This document shows, piece by piece, positions 17,280 through 24,617 of a stretch of 32,000 bases of DNA. The notes under the pieces were generated by a model. The model was not told the origin of the DNA, ran no database searches, and saw only the letters and a list, made by a program, of their open reading frames with translations. The position numbers and the translations under genes are program-made. The stretch comes from Cupriavidus necator (lineage in GTDB: Bacteria; Pseudomonadota; Gammaproteobacteria; Burkholderiales; Burkholderiaceae), in contig NZ_CP066019.1 in assembly GCF_016127575.1 (NCBI RefSeq), forward strand, positions 2,880,001-2,912,000. The letters are read 5' to 3'. How positions within the stretch are numbered: position 1 is the first letter of the stretch; each line of letters begins with the position of its first letter.

Positions 17280-17786
17280 TCAGCCCTTGCCCAGGCGCGC
17301 CTTCAGGTGCGGCACCAGCCCGCCGGCGGCCAGGATCGCGCGCAGGAAGTCGGGGATGGGTTCGCACGCGACCAGGCTGCCGTCGTCCAGGCGCAGCTGT
17401 GCCGTCGCCAGGTCCAGCACCGCGTGCGCGCCGTCGGCCAGGCGGCAGGTGTCGGCGCAGACCAGCACCGGCAGGCCCAGGTTGATGGCATTGCGATAGA
17501 ACAGCCCGCCGAAGGACTGCGCCACCACGGCGCCCACGCCGAGCGCGCGCAGCGCCTGCGGCGCCTGCTCGCGCGAGGAGCCGATGCCGAAGTTGGCACC
17601 CGCCACCAGCACGTCGCCGGGGCGCACGCTGCCGGGGAACTCCGGGCGCAGCGAGGCCAGGCAATGCCGGACCAGCACGGGCAGCGGCGATTTCATCAGC
17701 ACGGCGGGGGCCATGGCATCGGTGTCGATGTTGTCGCCGAAGCGCCAGAGGCGGCCAGTGGGGTCGGGGGCGATAGCAGGGGTCAT
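17280..17786 (-). CDS. Aconitase-family dehydratase small subunit (LeuD-like)
   Basis: 168 aa with FGDNIDTD and GANFGIGSSREQAP signatures. It lies immediately downstream of the large-subunit gene. Confidence 0.9.
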   Translation of the reverse strand: MTPAIAPDPTGRLWRFGDNIDTDAMAPAVLMKSPLPVLVRHCLASLRPEFPGSVRPGDVLVAGANFGIGSSREQAPQALRALGVGAVVAQSFGGLFYRNAINLGLPVLVCADTCRLADGAHAVLDLATAQLRLDDGSLVACEPIPDFLRAILAAGGLVPHLKARLGKG

Positions 17787-17833
17787 GCAAGAAGTCTGTC
17801 CCGCCAGGCGGGCACGAAGTCAGGTCCGCAGCG

Positions 17834-19120
17834 TTACTCCAGCAGGGTGCGCGGATCGGTAATGCGGCCGGTGACGGCGCTGGCGGCCACGGTCATCGGC
17901 GAGCCCAGCCACACCGCGCTGCCGGCATCGCCCATGCGCCCGGAGAAGTTGCGCGCCGTCGACGCAATCGCGCGGCTGCCCGCCGGGAAGCGCGCCGCGC
18001 CATAGCCGGCGCAGGCGCCGCAGGCGTTGGGCAGCAGCGTGGCGCCGGCGTCGGTCAGGATGCCAAGCGTGCCCTCCTGCTCGGCCAGCAGCTGGTCGCG
18101 GCGCGAGGCCGGCGCCACCTGCAGGGTCACGCCCGCTGCCACGCGGCGCCTGCGCAGCACGCGCGCGGCCATGCGCAGGTCTTCCAGCTTGGCGCCAGTG
18201 CAGGCACCCAGGTAGGCGATCTGCACGGGCTCGCCGGCGGCCTGGTCTACCGGCGCGCTGTTGGCCGGAGAGTGCGGCGCCGCCACCTGCGGCACCAGTG
18301 CCGCGGCGTCGAAGCGGTGTGTGGCCAGCACCGGTGCATCGGGGTCCGTGCGCCAGTGGGCCAGGTCGATTGCGGCCAGCGTCTGCGCCGGCACGCCGGC
18401 CTCGGCCAGCCAGCCGAGCGTGACCGCGTCGGGCGCCACCAGGCCGGTCTGCGCGCCCAGCTCGGCGCTCATGTTGGCCAGCGTCATGCGCTCCTGCATC
18501 GGCAGCGCGGCGACGGCGCTGCCGGTGTACTCCAGCGCCTCATAGCGGCCGCCGCCCATGCCGAGCGTCGCGCACAGGAACAGCATCATGTCCTTGGCGC
18601 AGACGCCCGCTGCAAGCTGGCCGTCCCATTGCAGCCGGATGGTATTGGGCACGCGCAGCCAGATCTCGCCGGTGGCCAGCACGCCGGCCATCTCAGTCGC
18701 GCCCACGCCGAACATATAGGCGCCGAAGGCACCGCCGGTGGGGCTGTGGCTGTCGCCGCCGACAATCAGGCGGCCCGGCAGCACATGGCCGCGCTCGGGC
18801 AGCACCACATGGCAGATGCCTTCGGCGTCGATGAAGTGGGCGCCGGACTGGCGCGTCCAGTCGCGCGTGAAGCGCAGGATCGACTCGGCCTGGGCATCGC
18901 CGCCCGGCACGAAATGGTCGGTCACCACCACATAGCGCGACGGGTCCCAGACCCCGGTGCCAAGCTCTTCCAACAGCGGCGCCACGCGGCGCGGGCCGCT
19001 GGAGTCGTGCGACATCGCCAGGTCGACCCGGCAGATCACCACCGTGCCGATCTCCGCATGCGCCAGCCCGGCGGCGCGCGCAACCAGTTTCTGCGCCAGC
19101 GTGGCGGGAGTATGGCTCAT
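17834..19120 (-). CDS. Aconitase-family dehydratase large subunit (LeuC-like)
   Basis: Start at ATG 19118..19120 (MSHTPATLAQKLVARAAG...), which overlaps the upstream Bug gene stop (ATGA). It carries GGDSHSPTGGAFG and the Fe-S Cys ligand region NACGACAGYG. Confidence 0.9.
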   Translation of the reverse strand: MSHTPATLAQKLVARAAGLAHAEIGTVVICRVDLAMSHDSSGPRRVAPLLEELGTGVWDPSRYVVVTDHFVPGGDAQAESILRFTRDWTRQSGAHFIDAEGICHVVLPERGHVLPGRLIVGGDSHSPTGGAFGAYMFGVGATEMAGVLATGEIWLRVPNTIRLQWDGQLAAGVCAKDMMLFLCATLGMGGGRYEALEYTGSAVAALPMQERMTLANMSAELGAQTGLVAPDAVTLGWLAEAGVPAQTLAAIDLAHWRTDPDAPVLATHRFDAAALVPQVAAPHSPANSAPVDQAAGEPVQIAYLGACTGAKLEDLRMAARVLRRRRVAAGVTLQVAPASRRDQLLAEQEGTLGILTDAGATLLPNACGACAGYGAARFPAGSRAIASTARNFSGRMGDAGSAVWLGSPMTVAASAVTGRITDPRTLLE

Positions 19121-20157
19121 TCCGGCGAGGCTCCCGAATACTTGACCACGGCGGCCCAGCGCCTGACGTCCTGCTTCACGAAGGCGGCGAAGGCGTCGGG
19201 CGGCGTGCCCATCGGCTGCGCCCCGTCGTTCTCCAGGCGCTTGCGCACCGCGGGCGTTTCCAGCCCCTTGCGCGCGGCCTGGTACAGCGCCTGCGTGACT
19301 TCGTGCGGCATGCCGGCCGGACCGAACAGGCCGAACCACGCGCTCGATTCAAAGCCCTTCACGGTGGCGCCGATCGGCGCCGCGCCCGGGAACTGCGGCA
19401 GGGCCGCGGGGCTGGTCACGCCCAGCACCTTGAGCTTGCCCGCGCGCACATGCGGCAGCACGTTGATGGTGCTGGCGAACATCAGGTCGCACTGGCCCGC
19501 CAGCACGTCGGTGAGCGCGGGCGAGGTGCCCTTGTACGGAATGTTGACGATATAGGTGCCGGTCATCATCTTGAACATGTCGCCGGCCATATGCAGCGAC
19601 GACCCCACCGAGCCGATGGCAAAGTTCAGCTTGCCCGGTTCGGAACGCGCCAGGCGGATCAGCTCGGGCACATTGCTGGCCGCCAGCTTAGGCGTGGCCA
19701 CCAGCACGCTCGGCACGGTGGCCACCAGCGTGATCGGGGTGAAGTCCTGCACCGGGTCGAACGGCAGCTTCTTGTACAGGGTGGCGTTGATGGTGTGGCT
19801 GGTGAAGCTCATCAGCAGCGTGCTGCCGTCCGGCGCGCTTTTGGCGACCAGGTCGGCGGCGATATTGCCGCCGGCGCCGGGGCGGTTCTCGACCACCACC
19901 GGCTGGCCGAGCTCCTGGGACATTTCCTGGGCGATGGTGCGCGCCAGCGTGTCGGTGGTGCCGCCGGCGGGCGCGCCCACCAGGATCCGGATCGGCTTGC
20001 CGCCGGCCACCTGGGGTTGCCCCTGGGCCGCGGCGGACAGCGGCAGGGCCAGCGCGCACACGGCCAGGCTGGCCATGGCCAGGCGCTGCACCGCGGCGCG
20101 GCGGGGGATCGAAGGCAGACGGGTCGGGCTGGACGGGACCAGGCAGAACACGGGCAT
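19117..20157 (-). CDS. Bug-family (TctC-like) periplasmic tripartite tricarboxylate transporter substrate-binding protein
   Basis: Start at ATG 20155..20157 with GAGGAG 9 nt upstream. The signal peptide is ...LAVCALALPLSAAAQG. The characteristic Bug motif PGAGGNIAADLVAKSAPDGSTLLM is present. Confidence 0.9.
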   Translation of the reverse strand: MPVFCLVPSSPTRLPSIPRRAAVQRLAMASLAVCALALPLSAAAQGQPQVAGGKPIRILVGAPAGGTTDTLARTIAQEMSQELGQPVVVENRPGAGGNIAADLVAKSAPDGSTLLMSFTSHTINATLYKKLPFDPVQDFTPITLVATVPSVLVATPKLAASNVPELIRLARSEPGKLNFAIGSVGSSLHMAGDMFKMMTGTYIVNIPYKGTSPALTDVLAGQCDLMFASTINVLPHVRAGKLKVLGVTSPAALPQFPGAAPIGATVKGFESSAWFGLFGPAGMPHEVTQALYQAARKGLETPAVRKRLENDGAQPMGTPPDAFAAFVKQDVRRWAAVVKYSGASPE

Positions 20158-20267
20158 GGCGACGGCTCCTCGCTTGATGTGATCAGAGATGCGCAGTATC
20201 GCCCGGAACGTTACGTGGCGCATCCCTGGCTGCGCCGCCTGCGGGAAGTCGGCGGCGGTCCGCGGGG

Positions 20268-21053
20268 TCAGTCGCGCAGGCCCGGGCGGGTTTCGCTTTC
20301 CACCCAGACGTTGGCGCTGTCGACGCCGGCCGGCGACAACTCCATGCGGTATTCATAGCGGTCCGGGCGGTACTGGCCGAGCAGCAACTGGACCGGGCGC
20401 CCGGCCGCGTCCTTGACCACGCGGCGCACCGCCAGCAGCGCGCCGCCTACCGGCACGTCCAGCAGCGGCGCCACCACCACGTCGGCCAGGCGCGCGGACA
20501 GCACCTGGCTGGCACGGCCCAGCTTCACGCCGCCGGCCTCCAGCAGCCGCAGCACCGGCCGCTCTTCCAGGGACTGGCGCGTGATCGGCCGGCCCAGGTC
20601 GGCGGGCAGGTAGACCGTGATATGCGACAGCGGCCGGTTGCGGTAGTGGCGCACGCGCACGATCTTCACCACCGGATCGCCCGGCTCGATCTGCAGCGAT
20701 TCGGCCACATCGGGCGTGGCATGGACTTCGTCGATCGAGATCACCTTCACCGACGTCTTCTGGCCCATGTCGATGATGTTGTCGAGCAGGCTGGTGCCGC
20801 GTTCCTCGCCGGCCGCCGTCGCCGGGCGCACCGGATGCGGGTTGACGAAGGTGCCAAGCCCGCGGTGGCGGCGCACCAGGCCTTCTTGCACCAGGCGGTC
20901 GAACACGCGCCGCATGGTCACGCGCGAGGCGTGGAACTGCTTGGCCAGGTCGATCTCGCCCGGCAAGGGGCCCTGGCCGAAGCGGCCTTCCACGATCTGC
21001 TGGCGCAATACCACGTAAATCTGGTGATACAGGGGAACGACGGCTTCACTCAT
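20268..21053 (-). CDS. GntR-family (HutC-type, UTRA domain) transcriptional regulator
   Basis: 261 aa. The N-terminal wHTH is YHQIYVVLRQQIVEGRFGQGPLPGEIDLAKQFHASRVTMRRVFDRLVQEGLVRRHRGLGTFV, followed by a C-terminal UTRA-like effector domain. Confidence 0.9.
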   Translation of the reverse strand: MSEAVVPLYHQIYVVLRQQIVEGRFGQGPLPGEIDLAKQFHASRVTMRRVFDRLVQEGLVRRHRGLGTFVNPHPVRPATAAGEERGTSLLDNIIDMGQKTSVKVISIDEVHATPDVAESLQIEPGDPVVKIVRVRHYRNRPLSHITVYLPADLGRPITRQSLEERPVLRLLEAGGVKLGRASQVLSARLADVVVAPLLDVPVGGALLAVRRVVKDAAGRPVQLLLGQYRPDRYEYRMELSPAGVDSANVWVESETRPGLRD

Positions 21054-21506
21054 GGTTTCCCTTGCGGAGAGATGACAAGTCTGTAATGCCTCTAATGTAC
21101 TTTAAATCAGACATAGAGCCTAGCATGGTTAGCCGCAGTGGCGCTTGCGGGACAACTGCGCCGGCGCGGTGTTGCAGCGATGCATCTCGTCTGTGCCGAG
21201 ACCCTTGGCTGGCTGCGCCAGCGCGGGTGAAGTCGGTCTGGCGCCGCTGCATGCCTTGCTGGGATGGACAACGCCGGTGCGGTGGAGCGGGTTGTGCCGT
21301 GCGGCGAGAACAGGACATCGGGGCGCCGCCGCAGCAATGTGGAGATGCCCCACACGGGCGGCGACGACGGCACCCTCGATGCCGTGTTTCAGTCCCGATA
21401 CGTAAGGTCGCGCCTCGGGCAAATTCTGGCTGCCGGCATAAGACCCTGAAAAATAAGGCGTTTTCCGACTACCCCGGAACCCCCCCAGGTGGGCCGGGAG
21501 TGGCCG

Positions 21507-21524
21507 TGTCACAGCGGTGTGACA
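21507..21524. promoter_or_regulatory. Perfect inverted repeat TGTCACA-GCGG-TGTGACA in the leader of the Gly-rich-protein operon
   Basis: Read directly. 21507..21513 is the reverse complement of 21518..21524. A further TGTGACA copy lies at 21745..21751, 27 nt upstream of the gene 1 ATG. The binding factor is unknown. Confidence 0.35.
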
Positions 21525-21777
21525 TGTCGTCTGCCGTGCACAGCGGCGAGGGCGGCAAGCGTCGCGCAAAGCCGCGGAAAGTCCCCGCCAGAGTGCCGGG
21601 CGGGCCTTGTAATACAAGGAGTTGGCGCCGCAGGTGGCGCAGCTGGCACCGATTATGCGCAAGGGGAGTCTGGTTTGGCTGGGTGCCGGACCTGAACCTC
21701 CAGCCGTCGTTCCTCGCAAGAGCGCCGGCCGGAGGCTGAGCCGCTGTGACACTGTGCAATTCTCCTGGGAGCTTCGT

Positions 21778-23292
21778 ATGAAAAAGACCTTACTGGCGTC
21801 GGCTATCGCCATGGCATTTGCGGGACAGGCCTGGGCAAATCCGACCAATAACAACGACGTGGTAAGAGGTGGCGGCGACAACACGCAAACCGCCACAGCG
21901 ACCTCGACGCAGAGTGGCAGCGGCGCGGCGGCAAACGAATATTCGACCGCAGTCCAGGCCAATGACAGCAGCACCAACACCAGAACCACCACGGTTGGCG
22001 TCAACAAGACCAAGACCACGACCAACTCGAACAACAGGAGCAGGATCGACTTTGACCATGGCGTAGGCAACGCGGGCTCCAACGGTGGCAGCGCAACCTC
22101 CAGCGTAAGCAACGCCTTCAACACCAGCAAGGCACTGGCGATCAGCAAGCTGAATGGCACGGTTTCCAACAACAGCATTGGCCCGATCGGCAATTACGCC
22201 ACCAACTGGGGTAACGCGAATGGTGCAGCCGGTGGCCGGGGCGGCAATGGCTTTGGCGGTACCGGCGAAGGCGGGCGCGGCGGCAACGGCGGCAACGGCG
22301 GTAACGGCGGCAGCGGCGGCTCCGGTGGCAGCGCTACCAACGGTAGCGCCACCAATGGCGACGCCACCAACGGCAGCGCCAACGCTGGTAATGGCGGTGC
22401 CGGCGGCAAGGCGATTGGCTGGGCCGGCAGTGGCGGTGACGGCAAGGCATATGGCGGCAGCGCACTCTCCGCAGCGGGCAGCAAGGGCGGCAGCGGCGGC
22501 GATGCTTATGGCAAGGGCGGCGGCGCTCTGAGCGCATCGCTCGGCGCCGGCGGCCGCGGCGGCAGTGCCGGCGCGATCGGCGGTGGTGGCCTGGGTGCCA
22601 GCGGCGCCCTGGGCGGCTTGGCAGGTTCGGCCGGCGGCTCAGGTGGTAGCAGCGGCAATGCCAACGGTGCGGGTGGCGACACTACCACTGGCGGCGCAGG
22701 CGGCGCAGGCGGCGCAGCGGCCGGTACCAACACGGCTGGCGCAGGCACCGGTTCGGGCGGCGCAGGTACCGCGAGTGGCGGTGCGGGCGGTGCCGGAACG
22801 GCAGCTGCAGGCGCGACCGGCGGAGCCGGCAGCGGCACCGGCGGTGCCGGTGGCGCGGGCGGCGCGGCGACCTCGACCGCAACGGCGGGCGCGGCAAGCG
22901 GCACCGGCGGCGCGGGCGGCACGCAAGCCAGCGTTGGCGGCGCGGGCGGTACTGGCGGTTCGGCCACGAACGGCAGCGCAACGAGTTCGGCCTCCAATGG
23001 CAGCTCCACGGCTGGCAACGGTGCGGTGGGTGCTACCGGCGGCGCGGGCGGCGCGGGCGGCACTGGCAATGGCGGCACTGGCGGCACCGGCAACGGCGCA
23101 GTCGGCGGCGCTGGCGGTAATGGCGGTTACAACATTGTTGACGCGGGCACCTTCAATATGTCCAACACCATGACCAGCGTTGGTCAAACGGCGGCGGGCA
23201 TCATGATGGCCAACCAGAACAGCGGCGCTGCCTCGCTCGTGCAGCAAAGCGTGAACGTTCAGGCCAACCTGCAGGTCGGCGGCAACCGGTAA
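21778..23292 (+). CDS. Secreted 504-aa glycine-rich (PGRS-like) repeat protein; putative major fibre/matrix subunit of the Fap-like operon
   Basis: Start at ATG 21778 with GGGAG 6 nt upstream. The signal peptide is MKKTLLASAIAMAFAGQAWA|N. There is a DVVRGG motif at aa 27-32. The N-terminal region is Thr/Asn/Ser-rich. By hand count, aa 151-450 contain about 134 Gly in 300 residues, as GGAGG/GGNGG/GGSGG units. No charged residue occurs between aa 302 and 454, and the mature part has no Cys. The C-terminal core NIVDAGTFN...AAGIMMANQNSGAASLVQQSVNVQANL is paralogous to gene 2. Confidence 0.85.
   Translation: MKKTLLASAIAMAFAGQAWANPTNNNDVVRGGGDNTQTATATSTQSGSGAAANEYSTAVQANDSSTNTRTTTVGVNKTKTTTNSNNRSRIDFDHGVGNAGSNGGSATSSVSNAFNTSKALAISKLNGTVSNNSIGPIGNYATNWGNANGAAGGRGGNGFGGTGEGGRGGNGGNGGNGGSGGSGGSATNGSATNGDATNGSANAGNGGAGGKAIGWAGSGGDGKAYGGSALSAAGSKGGSGGDAYGKGGGALSASLGAGGRGGSAGAIGGGGLGASGALGGLAGSAGGSGGSSGNANGAGGDTTTGGAGGAGGAAAGTNTAGAGTGSGGAGTASGGAGGAGTAAAGATGGAGSGTGGAGGAGGAATSTATAGAASGTGGAGGTQASVGGAGGTGGSATNGSATSSASNGSSTAGNGAVGATGGAGGAGGTGNGGTGGTGNGAVGGAGGNGGYNIVDAGTFNMSNTMTSVGQTAAGIMMANQNSGAASLVQQSVNVQANLQVGGNR
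22279..22377 (+). repeat. In-frame tandem codon repeats inside the Gly-rich gene
   Basis: Six 9-nt units occupy 22279..22332: GGCGGCAAC, GGCGGCAAC, GGCGGTAAC, GGCGGCAGC, GGCGGCTCC, GGTGGCAGC. Three 15-nt units encoding ATNG[S/D] occupy 22333..22377. Looser GGAGG-type periodicity continues to about 23127. Confidence 0.8.
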
Positions 23293-23305
23293 GGCGTGCA
23301 GCCAC

Positions 23306-23338
23306 GGTCTGGCCCGGGACTTGTGCCCGGGCCAGACC
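23306..23338 (+). terminator. Strong hairpin 14 nt after the gene 1 stop (intra-operon attenuator or partial terminator)
   Basis: GGTCTGGCCCGGG-ACTTGTG-CCCGGGCCAGACC, a perfect 13-bp GC-rich stem read directly. No U-tract follows it. Confidence 0.5.
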
Positions 23339-23359
23339 GGCAGCTCGCACTCATGCCGG

Positions 23360-23402
23360 CAGGACCGGCGCCCGCATCCTGTGTGCGGGCGCGCGGGTCC
23401 TG
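23360..23402 (+). terminator. Second compound hairpin in the gene 1 / gene 2 spacer
   Basis: CAGGACC-G-GCGCCCGCA-TCCTGTG-TGCGGGCGC-GCG-GGTCCTG. The inner 9-bp and outer 7-bp stems are both perfect. No U-tract follows. Confidence 0.4.
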
Positions 23403-23477
23403 TCATGCCCCAAGCAAGCCTGATTGCCTTGCAGCCGTCCGGATGGGGGCGGCCGGCAGGCAAGGGGAGACGACATC

Positions 23478-23912
23478 ATGCAATCGGTCCGCTTCGCCGT
23501 CGGCGCATTCGCGACGGTCTTACTCGCCTGGCCAGTGCTGCAGGCGCACGCTGAGCCGCCAGGGCTGGACGCCGCCATGGCAGCGGCGCGCGCTGCTTCT
23601 GGCGCTGCCCCGGACACGGCTGCAATCACCGCACAGCCGACGGCCGCAACTTCCTTGTTCGGAGGGGTGGCGAAAGCCGTACCCGTGTCTAAACTGGATG
23701 ACATCCGTGGCGGCGCCGAGGTCACGGTCAACGATATGCGCCTGCACGGTACCGTGGCCGACAACGCCGCGGTCAATATTCTGTCCGGCACCAACAACAT
23801 CGCGGACGGGGCCTTCTCGAATGCGGCAGGGATTCCCACCGCGATCCAGAACTCGGGCTCCAACGTACTGATCCAGAACGCCACTATCGTCAACGTCCAG
23901 TTCAAGCAATGA
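23478..23912 (+). CDS. Small secreted Asn/Gln/Ala-rich protein with a double-glycine-type pro-region (short paralogue of gene 1; FapB-like role proposed)
   Basis: Start at ATG 23478, preceded by AGGGGAGA. The signal peptide is MQSVRFAVGAFATVLLAWPVLQAHA|E. An Ala/Pro/Thr-rich pro-region follows, ending in KLDDIRGG at aa 72-79 (nt 23691..23714). The 65-aa C-terminal core is AEVTVNDMRLHGTVADNAAVNILSGTNNIADGAFSNAAGIPTAIQNSGSNVLIQNATIVNVQFKQ. Confidence 0.8.
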   Translation: MQSVRFAVGAFATVLLAWPVLQAHAEPPGLDAAMAAARAASGAAPDTAAITAQPTAATSLFGGVAKAVPVSKLDDIRGGAEVTVNDMRLHGTVADNAAVNILSGTNNIADGAFSNAAGIPTAIQNSGSNVLIQNATIVNVQFKQ

Positions 23913-24607
23913 AGCCGCTGCGAAACCTGTTGGCGTCTGTACCGTTCTTGCTGGCCGCGGGGGGCGTTCCATGTGCCCAGGCTGCCGACACCCTGATATA
24001 CGGGCCGGTCGGCGAGTCCTACAACGTCCGGGTCACGAGCGTGCGCGAGGCTCGCTTCAAGTCCACGATCCGGCAGCAGTTCGACTTCAGCTGCGGCTCG
24101 GCCGCGGTGGCCACGCTGCTGAGCTACCAGTACGGCCATCCGATGAATGAGGCCACGGTCTTCCAGAACATGTACCTCAACGGCGACCAGCAGAAGATCC
24201 GCGCCGAGGGGTTCTCGCTGCTCGACATGAAGCGCTTCCTGGCCGCGCTCGGCTATGAGGCGGACGGCTACGAGCTGCCACTGTCCAAGCTGGAAGAGAC
24301 GCAGGTGCCGGCCATCGTGCTGATCGTGGAGAACGGTTACCACCATTTCGTGGTGGTCAAGGGCGTGAAGGGCGACCGCGTGCTGATCGGCGATCCCGCA
24401 CGCGGCACGCGCGCGATGTCACGCGAGCATTTCGAGCAGATCTGGGACAGCCAGCTGCTGTTCGTGATCCATAACCGCACCGAACGGGCGCGGTTCAACC
24501 TTGCAGCCGACTGGCGCGTTGCGCCGAGCGGTCCTTACTGGATGGGAGTCAACCGGGATAGCTTGTTCTTCACCGTCATGCCCAAGCATGGCGCGGGCGA
24601 TTTTTGA
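23909..24607 (+). CDS. Stand-alone, signal-peptide-bearing C39-family cysteine peptidase (FapD-like)
   Basis: The ATG overlaps the gene 2 stop (ATGA at 23909..23912). The signal peptide is MKPLRNLLASVPFLLAAGGVPCAQA|A. C39 motifs are Gln plus the catalytic Cys in RQQFDFSCGSAAVATLL (Cys62, nt 24092..24094), and His/Asp in GYHHFVVVKGVKGDRVLIGDPA. No ABC-transporter domain is attached. Confidence 0.85.
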   Translation: MKPLRNLLASVPFLLAAGGVPCAQAADTLIYGPVGESYNVRVTSVREARFKSTIRQQFDFSCGSAAVATLLSYQYGHPMNEATVFQNMYLNGDQQKIRAEGFSLLDMKRFLAALGYEADGYELPLSKLEETQVPAIVLIVENGYHHFVVVKGVKGDRVLIGDPARGTRAMSREHFEQIWDSQLLFVIHNRTERARFNLAADWRVAPSGPYWMGVNRDSLFFTVMPKHGAGDF

Positions 24608-24617
24608 GGAACGCATC

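Noticed and set aside
17834-19339. Upstream extensions of the LeuC-like ORF (19121..19339), the Bug ORF (20158..20223), the deaminase ORF (15035..15133) and the aminotransferase ORF (6550..6624)
   Set aside because: In each case an internal ATG with a good RBS or a stop/start overlap coincides with the start of family similarity. The extensions are compositionally non-coding.
21264-21449. 61-codon plus-strand ORF (MDNAGAVERVV...) with fairly high GC3, in the long leader of the Fap-like operon
   Set aside because: It has no RBS and no recognisable family, and it ends in rare codons (ATA AGA). It might be a relic, but I cannot support it as a gene. It is covered by the finding on the 21054-21777 leader.
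22506-23093. Long antisense ORFs inside the Gly-rich gene, for example 22506..23093 (Pro/Ala-rich, 195 aa), 22639..23463 (274 aa), 22194..22484 and 21129..22193
   Set aside because: GGC/GCC-rich glycine/alanine codon runs are automatically open on the opposite strand, where they read as Pro/Ala. These ORFs have no RBS, signal or domain features. The plus-strand gene has an RBS, a signal peptide and paralogue support.
22213-23127. Possibility that the periodic GGC-rich DNA is a CRISPR array or a non-coding satellite
   Set aside because: The periodicity is 3/9/15 nt and in frame with an ORF that has an RBS and a signal peptide. There is no repeat-spacer organisation and there are no cas genes.
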